A stretch of 44,262 nt of DNA. Origin: a virus (Duplodnaviria; Heunggongvirae; Uroviricota; Caudoviricetes). This document shows positions 6,940 through 15,626 of this stretch, one piece after another; the first letter of the stretch is position 1, and each line of letters opens with the position of its first letter. The translations under genes and the position numbers were made by a program. The DNA is taken from positions 1 through 44,262 of the IMG/VR virus record IMGVR_UViG_3300020429_000539, one strand, 5' to 3'. The notes beneath the pieces were generated by a model. The model had not been told where the DNA came from, did no database searches, and worked only from the letters and a program-made list of their open reading frames with translations.

Positions 6940-7602
6940 TCAAGATTGCCATTGCGCGATAAAGAAGTACCTCTGTTTGATGCCCTCAAAGTTGTTATCG
7001 CCCTTGTCAAGCATACGGGCGACTTCGCCAACAATAATAGGCACCATCGAGCGGTGTTCGACCGAATGCAGAAATGCCGACACGGGAGCCATGACCGAAA
7101 AGCTGTTGAAGATTTCGAGTCTCTTAGCAATCTCGATGCGCTTAGCGGCCTCGTATGGGATGGCTTCTTCGAGGTAGTTCAGGCACCCAAGCATCGCGGC
7201 ATTTCGAGGCAGAAAACGGAAACCAGACCATGCAATAAGTGGTTTCCTGTTCCATGCATTCTCTCGTTTTTCGCTACGAAGGTCGTTGTAGAAGTATTCG
7301 TAGGTGTGTTGCTTCCATGCTTTCCTAACGCCCTTGGCGTGGTCGTGCATGATGAGGCGAAACATCTGCTGAGTCGTGACCTCTACAAACCCGAGACCTT
7401 GTGCCTTTTCGATACGCAGGTCATAGGATTGTTGACCAAGCTGATTTGTCAAACCAAGCGCACGGTATGATTCCATGCGCTTACGAACCTCGTCAACACT
7501 AGTCTCGACGCTATCATCATCGAGCTTGCCGAACAGTTTCGCAGTATTCTCGGCAATCTCATCGATTGTCATAAACTCGATTAGTTCGGTTGGCTTGATC
7601 AT
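6940..7602 (-). CDS. Hypothetical protein
   Basis: 220-aa ORF in the co-directional array. Confidence 0.7.
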   Translation of the reverse strand: MIKPTELIEFMTIDEIAENTAKLFGKLDDDSVETSVDEVRKRMESYRALGLTNQLGQQSYDLRIEKAQGLGFVEVTTQQMFRLIMHDHAKGVRKAWKQHTYEYFYNDLRSEKRENAWNRKPLIAWSGFRFLPRNAAMLGCLNYLEEAIPYEAAKRIEIAKRLEIFNSFSVMAPVSAFLHSVEHRSMVPIIVGEVARMLDKGDNNFEGIKQRYFFIAQWQS

Positions 7603-7649
7603 GCTTGCCTCCTGAAAGCAAGCGGAGGCCGTTTGGCCCCCGCGAGCGA

Positions 7650-8045
7650 TTATTCCTTGGCCTTGTTCGTGGCTTTGGCGAGCTTGTCGTAACTCTCGCC
7701 GGTGCCTGTTGTCATGGCGTTTTCGATTGCCTGGTCGAGATTGTCGAGCTTCTCCTGCTTGCTCTTGATGGTTTTGACTGTTTCGTCGCTCTGGAACTTG
7801 ACAGTCTCGCCACCGCCCATCGGATGAAGAACCTGGTCAGGCTTGTTGGCGAGTTTGCTCAGTTCACGAGCCAGCGCCTCACGAGCAGTGAACGCATCGG
7901 AAAGAACGCCGGTACGGCGGGACTTCTCATCCTCGACCAACTGGTCAATAATGCGCTGCTTGATCTCGTCGCCGCTGCCTGCGAGAGCCTCCTTCGATTT
8001 CTCGCGGATTTCGACGGCAATCGGAACCTTGGTCTCATCGGCCAT
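7650..8045 (-). CDS. Hypothetical charged/coiled-coil protein
   Basis: CAGGAG SD, 131 aa. Confidence 0.75.
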   Translation of the reverse strand: MADETKVPIAVEIREKSKEALAGSGDEIKQRIIDQLVEDEKSRRTGVLSDAFTAREALARELSKLANKPDQVLHPMGGGETVKFQSDETVKTIKSKQEKLDNLDQAIENAMTTGTGESYDKLAKATNKAKE

Positions 8046-8466
8046 AAATAAACTCCTGTTTCTTGGGCAGGTTGAAAAGACAATGCTTCACCCTACGAGT
8101 CGGATTAAAGCGCTTGCGGCAAGTGGCGCACGGACGGATGTCGCGCATTCTCATTCGAATCAAGCACAATCGAGAATAAACCTCTTCATATTTTCGCAAG
8201 AGTTCGGGTCGAGGTTCAGGAGGAAAGATGTCTCTGCCGTACCATCTTCGCTCGACTCGCTTGAGCAGCCGATGAAACTCAACATGCAGAGAAATCCTGT
8301 CGCCCAGAAGCCTTTCGTATTCTTCTGAGTTCTGAGGATAGTTGCAGTTTGGGCAGGTCACGCTTGATTTGCGAAAAGCTTCTCCGATAACGTGTCCGTT
8401 ATCGAACGCTGCGCCGACTTCGACGGCGACGAGTGTTGAGACAAGGTTGGGAAACTCCGAAGACAT
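8035..8466 (-). CDS. Hypothetical Zn-binding protein
   Basis: CPNC and CATC pairs; promoter-like motif placing it leaderless. Confidence 0.6.
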   Translation of the reverse strand: MSSEFPNLVSTLVAVEVGAAFDNGHVIGEAFRKSSVTCPNCNYPQNSEEYERLLGDRISLHVEFHRLLKRVERRWYGRDIFPPEPRPELLRKYEEVYSRLCLIRMRMRDIRPCATCRKRFNPTRRVKHCLFNLPKKQEFIYGR

Positions 8467-8473
8467 CGTGTGA

Positions 8474-8500
8474 ATAATAGCCGATGGATTTCTTCACTTG
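8474..8500 (-). promoter_or_regulatory. Motif variant CAAGTGAAG-N12-TATTAT, leaderless
   Basis: -10 element ends 7 nt before the ATG at 8466. Confidence 0.45.
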
Positions 8501-8769
8501 AAAGAGAAAAGAGCTTTGATTCGCTCGCCGAGCGTTTTCTTGTACGGATTGCCTTCGTCGTCAGGCAGTGACTCGGGGTCAGGTAGCTTGGGCAGATTGC
8601 CCTCGGCTAGTAACTCAATCTGCGCGACCTTAATGAGGAGCGTGTCTCCGTCATAGAACTCTTGGAGTTGTGAGGTCTTGCACAGGTACCGAACTTGCTT
8701 CGGATGAATATTGAGCCTTTTGGCTGCTTCATCCACTTTCATGAACATTTTCATTTTGTAAAATCTCAA
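8494..8769 (-). CDS. Excisionase-like helix-turn-helix protein
   Basis: MKVDEAAKRLNIHPKQVRYLCKTSQL matches the HTH_17/MerR-like pattern. Confidence 0.65.
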   Translation of the reverse strand: MRFYKMKMFMKVDEAAKRLNIHPKQVRYLCKTSQLQEFYDGDTLLIKVAQIELLAEGNLPKLPDPESLPDDEGNPYKKTLGERIKALFSFK

Positions 8770-9200
8770 AATGTTGCTGATTCATCATCGCCAGCATCAA
8801 GATATTGAACTTCGGCATATGCAAACTCTGCTGTGTCTTGATGCATTGTGATGAGAGATTTTGGTTTGTTTGCTTGCCGCGATTTGTTCCTGGTAATCAT
8901 TTTGATTGCTTTGGTGAGTCCATAATCGAAGCATTTGCTAAGGAACAAATTTCGCCAATAAGAGTTCTGTAATCTTAGACCATCTCTGCCAATGTCAACT
9001 CGTAAGATTTCATGCGCAAAAATACGGAATGTTGCAGCTTCACCGCAATCCGTATGCAACAGTTCTTCTTTCAGTTTCTCCCAAAGTTGCTCAAGCTCTT
9101 TGCCGTTTTCAAGATTGGGACCAGTCATCGCTCGTGCGACAACCTCGTGATTCTCAGCGATACAGCGTTGCTCGACTTGAGCAGCAAGTATATGTGTCAT
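8766..9200 (-). CDS. Hypothetical protein
   Basis: Overlap-coupled ORF. Confidence 0.6.
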   Translation of the reverse strand: MTHILAAQVEQRCIAENHEVVARAMTGPNLENGKELEQLWEKLKEELLHTDCGEAATFRIFAHEILRVDIGRDGLRLQNSYWRNLFLSKCFDYGLTKAIKMITRNKSRQANKPKSLITMHQDTAEFAYAEVQYLDAGDDESATF

Positions 9201-9796
9201 TGCGAACTACCGTGCATAACGGTGTCAAAGGGGCCAAGCCTGCCAATAATAGAAGGGCATTTGCCCATAAGGGGCTTATCGTTCCACCGCTTCATAGCCC
9301 ACCTTTGATATTCTTCTTGTGTATCAATCCAATGCAGGCCAAACTCTTCGCGAAGTTGCCCCATTTTCATGTTTTGATAACGAGGAGACCTGAAAGGCAC
9401 CTTGGTCAAGTCTGGGCAGTCTGAGCGCAGACCGTAAGACAATCCTTCATCAAAATGTTCGCGGTCTACGCAAGACATTTTGTAAGTGCCAGGATATGTC
9501 CGTGACCAGACTTTGAGCAGCGCAGCATGCCATGGCCGCAGGTCATGTGCTGTGCCCATCGTGAAGCCAATGGTCCACGCTTCGCATTCGCTATAGAAAG
9601 AGGTACATAGAATCGCATGAATACAATCATGCGTAAAGAGGTCAACTGCGCCAGGCAAAGCGAATTTACTCTCAGGATTCTCAAATAAACGGACCTGCCA
9701 CGGAATTTTATCAGGTGGGTCGCGAGGCATGGTCGCCAGAACTTCGGCGAGAGTTTTCTCGCAGTTCAGTTCAGGTTTCCAAACTCGCCAAGGCAT
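9197..9796 (-). CDS. Coq4-like metal-binding protein
   Basis: HDCIH-x11-E resembles the Coq4 HDxxH...E motif. Confidence 0.45.
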   Translation of the reverse strand: MPWRVWKPELNCEKTLAEVLATMPRDPPDKIPWQVRLFENPESKFALPGAVDLFTHDCIHAILCTSFYSECEAWTIGFTMGTAHDLRPWHAALLKVWSRTYPGTYKMSCVDREHFDEGLSYGLRSDCPDLTKVPFRSPRYQNMKMGQLREEFGLHWIDTQEEYQRWAMKRWNDKPLMGKCPSIIGRLGPFDTVMHGSSQ

Positions 9797-9805
9797 GTCG
9801 CCTCC

Positions 9806-10510
9806 TTAGAAGAGTTTCAACGGCTCAAGCAGTTCGTGAATGCGACGAGCAAGATCAAGGCTCTTGGGGTCATCAGAACGGAATCGTGCGTGCATGTAGG
9901 AGTCGAGAGCAATACGAACCAGGTCAATAACCACTTCATCTTTGATGATGATGCCCGGCATCTCTCCCTTCGCTACCATCTGTGCGAGGTCTTCCATGTC
10001 AAATCGCTTCGCATAAAGCGATTTGTCATAAAGAACAACGAATCCGCCTTCGTCATACGTTTCGCCGTCTTTCATGAATACTACGGCTTTGAGTTCATCA
10101 AAGTCCATTTCAGGACTTTCTTCAGCATCAATCATCTCTTGAATGAGGTCAACGCCTTGACGGACCTGCATCGCAGAGAAGTCAACACCTTCTTTTGTCT
10201 TTTCGACAGGCGTCACAAAGTCGAAATCCGTGCCTTCGCTTGCGTCCTCGTGGACATATTCGCCACCATGGACGATGTTGACCAGACCACCAGGCACTTC
10301 TGTGACTTCAACCGTATCCCCCTTTGAAATGCCGTCTTGGGGATAATCATGAAGCGCCGTCGCTTTGTAGTAGGCAAATGATTCCATAAAGCAACCGTCA
10401 GGAAGCTTTGTTCGTGGCTTGCGTTGTGTTTCCTTACCTGTTACGTCTTTGTGGACCCAATCATTCTTGTCGATTGACCATTCGCCAGCCGCCATCAGTG
10501 GATTGCTCAT
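9806..10510 (-). CDS. Hypothetical acidic protein
   Basis: 234-aa ORF, leaderless promoter-like motif upstream. Confidence 0.75.
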   Translation of the reverse strand: MSNPLMAAGEWSIDKNDWVHKDVTGKETQRKPRTKLPDGCFMESFAYYKATALHDYPQDGISKGDTVEVTEVPGGLVNIVHGGEYVHEDASEGTDFDFVTPVEKTKEGVDFSAMQVRQGVDLIQEMIDAEESPEMDFDELKAVVFMKDGETYDEGGFVVLYDKSLYAKRFDMEDLAQMVAKGEMPGIIIKDEVVIDLVRIALDSYMHARFRSDDPKSLDLARRIHELLEPLKLF

Positions 10511-10516
10511 AGCTGT

Positions 10517-10543
10517 ATTCTACCTCGATCTGACTTTCACCTG
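10517..10543 (-). promoter_or_regulatory. CAGGTGAAA-N12-TAGAAT, leaderless
   Basis: -10 ends 6 nt before the ATG at 10510. Confidence 0.65.
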
Positions 10544-10544
10544 A

Positions 10545-11333
10545 TTATACGAGAATCAAGTCATTGATGTTGTTGAGTCCCTCAGTAAGAACAACTGGTC
10601 CATCATCGCTGATATAAACGTCATGTTCATAGTGGACAGCGATGGAACCATCAGCCGTATAAATAGGCCAGGTGTTCTTTTCATGACGAAGCTTTCCGGT
10701 TCCAGCGCACACCATTGGTTCAACTGCAAGGAACATGCCTTCTTTGAACTTCATATCGTCGGTTGAAGTACCTGTAACTGTGTTGGGCAAGAATGGTTCC
10801 ATATGCAGCTTTCTGCCGTACCCATGACCGCCCAAGCCTTCGGCGCAATGAAAGCCTGCATCTTCGACAGTTCGCTGAATAGTTTTAGACCAGTTTCTAA
10901 ACGGAGAAGTTGGCGTCATCATGTAGATACCGCTTAGAATGGCATCTTTAGCGCAAGAGGTAAGCTTTGAGACTGTTTCAGAGGGCTCGCCAAAGACGTA
11001 TGTCCATGCAGCGTCACCAATGAAGCCTCGATACGACACACCAATGTCGATGCTCAGAACATCGCCTGCTTTAACTGGTTCAGTGTAGGAGGCTGCCGTG
11101 CCATGCACGATGCAATCATTGATACTCAAGCAAGAGTATGATGGAAAAAGAGGTTTTATACCTGATGTTCTATAGCCTCGGAAGCATGACTTGCTATCAA
11201 GGTCTGCGAGTTGATGCCGAACGAAAGCATCTATCTGCGGAAGCTTAACGCCGATTCGCAGCCATTGGGAAAGTCGTTCATGAATTTCAACAACCCTGTT
11301 TGCTGATTCGGTTGCGCGTTCAAGGTCAGTCAT
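10545..11333 (-). CDS. map: Methionine aminopeptidase type I
   Basis: CLSINDCIVHG, IDIG, GDAA, GHGYG...H.EP, VEPM, HYEH metal ligands. Confidence 0.92.
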   Translation of the reverse strand: MTDLERATESANRVVEIHERLSQWLRIGVKLPQIDAFVRHQLADLDSKSCFRGYRTSGIKPLFPSYSCLSINDCIVHGTAASYTEPVKAGDVLSIDIGVSYRGFIGDAAWTYVFGEPSETVSKLTSCAKDAILSGIYMMTPTSPFRNWSKTIQRTVEDAGFHCAEGLGGHGYGRKLHMEPFLPNTVTGTSTDDMKFKEGMFLAVEPMVCAGTGKLRHEKNTWPIYTADGSIAVHYEHDVYISDDGPVVLTEGLNNINDLILV

Positions 11334-11962
11334 TCGCCATACTTCTCCCAGCCCACGCCGAAGACTTCCTTGAGCTTCGCGATGTAGGCGTCTGTCTTGA
11401 TTTTCGCCATCCAAAGAGAATGACCCGACCCGCCCTTACAGACAACGCCTTCTTCAATGCCATCGCCTGTATTGTAGTCGCCTCGTTTCACGGCTGCGAT
11501 GAAGTCTTCGTTGAGATTGCCCTCGTAGACAACCTCAGCGGCATTGCATTCGCCAACGAAGCGATTGACAAAATCACGAGGCGAAACAAGTCCCTGCTGA
11601 TGAATATTGACATCAAACAGAACAAGTTCCATTGGATTGTCAGGTTCAAGATCATGAAGACCAGCGAAACTCTTAGGGCCGACAAACTCTGCGTAGGCTG
11701 TTACCCGCCGCGTTCTTCGCCAGTGCTTGTTTGATTTGATGATGTTCAGAACATCATCTGCAAGAGTTGAACGAAAAAGAGCAATGGCAGGTCCAAAGAC
11801 CTCATCGCTCTCATCGAACAACCTTTTGCGTGTCCCGAACTTGTGCCAGCCCTGTTTGGGCGACCATTCGAAACGGATATTCGACCCATCGTATTTCTTG
11901 AACGCAATGCAAGGCTTACGGGGTGCTTGAGAAGAACCTGGAATGGAGGGGTAGAGTTTCAT
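11330..11962 (-). CDS. ATP-dependent RNA ligase-like nucleotidyltransferase
   Basis: Motif I KYDGSN, III AEF, IIIa LFD, IV EGVV, V AKIK; no OB domain. Confidence 0.7.
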   Translation of the reverse strand: MKLYPSIPGSSQAPRKPCIAFKKYDGSNIRFEWSPKQGWHKFGTRKRLFDESDEVFGPAIALFRSTLADDVLNIIKSNKHWRRTRRVTAYAEFVGPKSFAGLHDLEPDNPMELVLFDVNIHQQGLVSPRDFVNRFVGECNAAEVVYEGNLNEDFIAAVKRGDYNTGDGIEEGVVCKGGSGHSLWMAKIKTDAYIAKLKEVFGVGWEKYGE

Positions 11963-12037
11963 AGATGATTTATTGTGATATTGTTTGCCCACAGTCCTGT
12001 AAGCATATTAGTAATACCTGTATCAACTTTTGCTCTT

Positions 12038-12346
12038 TTAATCTGCTTCTTCAGAGCGAGCAAGTTTACCCATAGATAAGACATGAGTTTTTTTAGCGAG
12101 AGATTCGAATTCATTCAAATATATCTTGATCTCTTCGAAACTCATATCTGTTTCATCTTTATGGTAAAGCTCGTTTGCTTTATTGAGAATTTCTGAATCG
12201 GACTCATAATGACGTATTATATCTTCAAGATATGTGGAGACATATGAAAGAAACTCAATAGGTTCTTCGATTTCATCGCCACAATCTAGTCCAAGAGAAT
12301 CCCAGTATAAAGCAAGTTTTTCAAATTCAGCTTGATCGTATTTCAT
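12038..12346 (-). CDS. Hypothetical acidic protein
   Basis: AT-rich 102-aa ORF. Confidence 0.6.
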   Translation of the reverse strand: MKYDQAEFEKLALYWDSLGLDCGDEIEEPIEFLSYVSTYLEDIIRHYESDSEILNKANELYHKDETDMSFEEIKIYLNEFESLAKKTHVLSMGKLARSEEAD

Positions 12347-12352
12347 TTTGCT

Positions 12353-12724
12353 TCAATCTTTAATTCCATAGACGTACCTGTATCGTTCTGCACTGATTTT
12401 GCCATTGCGTTCAATCCATCCGAACTCAATAGCACCATTGAACTCGCTAGCGCATTCGGTGTTAGAGCAGGCCATGTTCTGCGAGCATCCTCCACAAGGA
12501 CCAGGCAAAAGCTTGCTGCCGCAATCAGGGCAGCAGCGTGTATTACAGAGATATAGCGACTCATCACGAGACAAAGAGTCGTGAGAGTTAGGATCAGTGC
12601 GTTCTTTGATGTTGTTGTGATCTCGAAACGTGTTGTATTTAACAGGTTTCATTGGGGGTGGGAACAGTTTGAAGGAAAGAAAACCTTCCGCGATGCTTTG
12701 GAGTCCTTTGATGATTGATTTCAT
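12353..12724 (-). CDS. Hypothetical Zn-ribbon protein
   Basis: CPDCG...CSNTEC. Confidence 0.6.
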   Translation of the reverse strand: MKSIIKGLQSIAEGFLSFKLFPPPMKPVKYNTFRDHNNIKERTDPNSHDSLSRDESLYLCNTRCCPDCGSKLLPGPCGGCSQNMACSNTECASEFNGAIEFGWIERNGKISAERYRYVYGIKD

Positions 12725-12912
12725 CCTCTACCACACTCATTTCTGCAAGAACAATCGGGCCAAAAATCGCATACACCCTTCTCTCGCCAGGTCGTTTTTG
12801 CCTCATCGCTGAATTGTCCACATGCCTTTTCAATCAGCGCAAGACGAAACTCGTCATTGGTCTGATGCTGCTTCAGCGCTTCGGAAAGTCGTTTGGCTTG
12901 TTCTCTGGTCAT
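12721..12912 (-). CDS. Small hypothetical protein
   Basis: ATGA-coupled at both ends. Confidence 0.5.
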   Translation of the reverse strand: MTREQAKRLSEALKQHQTNDEFRLALIEKACGQFSDEAKTTWREKGVCDFWPDCSCRNECGRG

Positions 12913-13172
12913 TCTTGCGAAGTATCCTTGAAGAATGGAGCATAATGCTCTATTGAGGACGAAGCAACTTCGCATCGCTCGAAGTCAGGACATACGCCTG
13001 TAAAATGGATACTCAGTTGACGAACATCGCCTGTATGCTTTTCATGCTTGTAGGAGTGCTTATTACACGTTCCCCATGTTTGACCGTTGAAGTTGCCATG
13101 AGCGCAGAGGCCGCATGCCGATTGAAGTCGGTAATCAATTTGGCCGAGTGTGATGGCTTTATTGCGGTCCAT
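12909..13172 (-). CDS. Small Cys/His-rich protein
   Basis: CGLCAH...C..H...CPDF. Confidence 0.55.
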   Translation of the reverse strand: MDRNKAITLGQIDYRLQSACGLCAHGNFNGQTWGTCNKHSYKHEKHTGDVRQLSIHFTGVCPDFERCEVASSSIEHYAPFFKDTSQE

Positions 13173-13184
13173 GATATTTCTCAA

Positions 13185-13259
13185 TGACCCCAGCGGGATT
13201 CGAACCCGCGTTACCAGGATGAAAACCTGGTGTCCTGGACCAGACTAGACGATGGGGCC
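13185..13259 (-). tRNA. tRNA-Glu(TTC)
   Basis: CCAGG-TTTTCAT-CCTGG; typical Glu D arm GTCTAG...AGGAC. Confidence 0.93.
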
Positions 13260-13484
13260 TCTAAAAATCATTGACAATCGCTTTCGCAACGAACAATGTT
13301 TGTTAACGAGACATCTCCAAAGACCAGGCCAAACTTTGTAGACTGCGTTACCCGCTGTGCCTTTGGCAACATTTTGCCATGTGCCTGTATTGCAGAGCTT
13401 ACAGTCTTTGTCTGGGATAGCGTGTCTACTGCAAATCGAGTAGAAACGCTCTTTCCTTAGTCCTTTTCCTCGTTCTCTCAACAT
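13245..13484 (-). CDS. Small basic hypothetical protein between tRNAs
   Basis: 79-aa ORF filling the spacer, slight overlap with the tRNA. Confidence 0.4.
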   Translation of the reverse strand: MLRERGKGLRKERFYSICSRHAIPDKDCKLCNTGTWQNVAKGTAGNAVYKVWPGLWRCLVNKHCSLRKRLSMIFRGPIV

Positions 13485-13487
13485 GAA

Positions 13488-13561
13488 TGATGCAGTCGGG
13501 ACTCGAACCCGATAGGCCGTACTTGAAAGGTACGCTACTCGACCACTTTGTATTCTGCACC
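13488..13561 (-). tRNA. tRNA-Glu(TTC), divergent
   Basis: GGTGCAG/CTGCATC; CGTAC-CTTTCAA-GTACG; atypical D arm. Confidence 0.8.
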
Positions 13562-13562
13562 G

Positions 13563-13588
13563 ATTCTATCAGACAGGCTTTTCACCTG
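13563..13588 (-). promoter_or_regulatory. CAGGTGAAA-N11-TAGAAT motif abutting a tRNA 5' end
   Basis: Repeated motif. Confidence 0.55.
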
Positions 13589-13593
13589 TTTAA

Positions 13594-13667
13594 TGACCCC
13601 AACGGGATTCGAACCCGTATCCCAAGATTGAAAATCTCGATATCCTAAACCGTTAGACGATAGGGCC
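13594..13667 (-). tRNA. tRNA-Glu(TTC)
   Basis: CGAGA-TTTTCAA-TCTTG anticodon arm. Confidence 0.9.
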
Positions 13668-13675
13668 AACATCAA

Positions 13676-13749
13676 TGCTCCCAGGGGGACTCGAACCCCC
13701 GTTACCAGATTGAGAGTCTGGCGTCCTGGACCTGCTAGACGATAGGAGC
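13676..13749 (-). tRNA. tRNA-Glu(CTC)
   Basis: CCAGA-CTCTCAA-TCTGG. Confidence 0.93.
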
Positions 13750-14259
13750 TTATTTGTTTCCTTTTTGAAGGTTATCTTTTGCCCAAAGGGGCTGTAAATT
13801 ATTCAGGGACCAGCACTTTTTGAAATCATCAGAGTTGATTCCATTTATGTTGAAAGACGAGATAGGCTTGATATGATCGATATGCCATTTCCCATAATTA
13901 TCCCAAGTCATTCCTGGTTGAAATTGTTTTTCAAGATGCGATTTGAGTTCATCGAGTGAATATCCAACAACTTCTTCCCACTTGGCCCCATTCTTGTCTG
14001 TTCCTAATGACCTCCTGATTTGTCTTGACATATTGTATGCCAAGCTGTGTTTCCTGTAGTTCCTAAGTGCCTTGCGTTTTGCTTTTCCAGGATCTCTGTC
14101 GTATAGCTCTTTTTTGTAGGCTTTGCCTTTATTGGTTTTGTAGTATTTCGATACTTGTTTTGATTTACAGGCTTTACACCATGATTGAAAGCCATCTTTG
14201 CTCTTCTTGCATTTGAAGAACTCTCCGGTTTTACCGCATTTTGCGCAGGTTTTTGTCAT
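13750..14259 (-). CDS. HNH homing endonuclease inserted in the tRNA-Glu cluster
   Basis: N-terminal CxxC/CxxC, GMTWDNYGKWHIDHIKP...NLQPLWAKDNLQKGN; AT-rich relative to flanks. Confidence 0.88.
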   Translation of the reverse strand: MTKTCAKCGKTGEFFKCKKSKDGFQSWCKACKSKQVSKYYKTNKGKAYKKELYDRDPGKAKRKALRNYRKHSLAYNMSRQIRRSLGTDKNGAKWEEVVGYSLDELKSHLEKQFQPGMTWDNYGKWHIDHIKPISSFNINGINSDDFKKCWSLNNLQPLWAKDNLQKGNK

Positions 14260-14265
14260 AATAAA

Positions 14266-14339
14266 TGACCCCTATGGGATTCGAACCCATGTTACTAGAT
14301 TGAGAATCTAGTGTCCTCGGCCAACTAGACGAAGGGGCC
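14266..14339 (-). tRNA. tRNA-Glu(CTC), second copy
   Basis: CTAGA-TTCTCAA-TCTAG. Confidence 0.93.
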
Positions 14340-14403
14340 TACAGGTCGGGTCCACTGAGCATGGCGCTCTCTTCAGTTGTATGTGGGTAGAAGGAGAGCC
14401 TTG

Positions 14404-14454
14404 TCAGTGAACCTGACGTTCCATGCGTTCGAGATGTTCAAGGAACATGGTCAT
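14404..14454 (-). CDS. Putative Glu leader peptide (16 aa, MTMFLEHLERMERQVH)
   Basis: AAGGA upstream; three GAA codons; lies between the promoter and the first tRNA-Glu; 3' end pairs with 14345-14358. Confidence 0.5.
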   Translation of the reverse strand: MTMFLEHLERMERQVH

Positions 14455-14498
14455 GGTTTGCTCAATCCTTCTGAGGGTTGGTCCCTCTTTATTCGGCA

Positions 14499-14527
14499 AG
14501 TATACCCCACTACCTTCAAGAATTCAC
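14499..14527 (-). promoter_or_regulatory. sigma70-like promoter GTGAAT-N17-TATACT
   Basis: Follows a terminator and precedes the leader and tRNA-Glu cluster. Confidence 0.55.
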
Positions 14528-14575
14528 CCCACGCCACCAAATTTCTTGCATTTCGGCCAAAAACTTTGGCGCAGC

Positions 14576-14605
14576 AAAAGAGGCCACCGATAAGCGATGG
14601 CCTCT
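14576..14605 (-). terminator. Intrinsic terminator
   Basis: AGAGGCCATCG-CTTAT-CGGTGGCCTCT-TTT. Confidence 0.75.
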
Positions 14606-14627
14606 AAAGTCGAGCGGAGGGGCCGCT

Positions 14628-15299
14628 TCAGCCGTCCGCGTCGGTCTTGAGGTCGTCCATGACGCCCTCGAAGGCCTTGTTCGCCCGCGACTGAAGCATC
14701 GAACCGATGCCGTTGTAAATCGCGTCCCATGCGCCGACGATGATGTCATTGGCGAAAGTCCAGAAAGCGTCAAACGGCCAATATGACATCCAAAAGAGAA
14801 TAGTGGCCTTGTGTGTGCGAACACGGGGCGTAAGAATAGTTTGGACCTGCGTTGAGGTAGTCTGGTCTGCTCGGATGTGACGGGGGCAATGCTTTCCGCA
14901 GATGTCTTCTGCGTGGTTCTTAACGTAGGTCGTCCATTGTGACTTCAGTTCATCGGGAACGCTCTTTTTACCCGCATGTCCTTTTTCTGCAAGCCACTCA
15001 TCTCGCAGTTCGTTGTACCTCTGCTTTCTTCCGCGACAAAACATTTCCCATCGCGGAAAAACCCAGAGAATGCCGCAGACGAAGTAGATGCCGAGCATTG
15101 CAAGCAACCACAGCGGATTTGCCAGAATCGTACCGAGCATATTGAATGGAGAGAAGATGGCAATAATAAACAGGTAGATGATGAAAGAGGTAGTTGCCAA
15201 CCATCCTTCTTCACGAGCCACGCCTGCAACCATCACTGCCGCAGCGATGGCAGTAAGGATCCAGAAAGCGATTCCGCCAACTGCGATAAGTTCAAACAT
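14628..15299 (-). CDS. Membrane protein, hypothetical
   Basis: Three to four hydrophobic helices. Confidence 0.8.
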   Translation of the reverse strand: MFELIAVGGIAFWILTAIAAAVMVAGVAREEGWLATTSFIIYLFIIAIFSPFNMLGTILANPLWLLAMLGIYFVCGILWVFPRWEMFCRGRKQRYNELRDEWLAEKGHAGKKSVPDELKSQWTTYVKNHAEDICGKHCPRHIRADQTTSTQVQTILTPRVRTHKATILFWMSYWPFDAFWTFANDIIVGAWDAIYNGIGSMLQSRANKAFEGVMDDLKTDADG

Positions 15300-15303
15300 G
15301 ATG

Positions 15304-15618
15304 CTAGTCTCCTATCTGTTCTTCAAGAGCTTTTTTCAGGTTATCCTTACTTTGCAAGCCAGTGAGGCGATTGACTTCTTTCCCGTCTTTGAAGATGATG
15401 ATTGTGGGCAACGCTGAAACAGACAGAGTAGCGATTGCTTCGTTATGGTCGTCGGCGTTGAGCTTGCCAACGATTGCGCGTCCCTCAAACTCTTCTGCGA
15501 GTTCATCAATGGTAGGCGCAAGCATGCGGCAGGGCATGCACCACTCAGCCCAGCAGTCAATGAGCGCAACACCCTCTCCAATTTGTTCGGCGTAGTTATT
15601 GTCAAATTCAAAAGCCAT
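15304..15618 (-). CDS. trxA: Thioredoxin
   Basis: WAEWCMPC active site, ALPT cis-Pro, FKDG. Confidence 0.92.
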   Translation of the reverse strand: MAFEFDNNYAEQIGEGVALIDCWAEWCMPCRMLAPTIDELAEEFEGRAIVGKLNADDHNEAIATLSVSALPTIIIFKDGKEVNRLTGLQSKDNLKKALEEQIGD

Positions 15619-15626
15619 GGTTTCTC

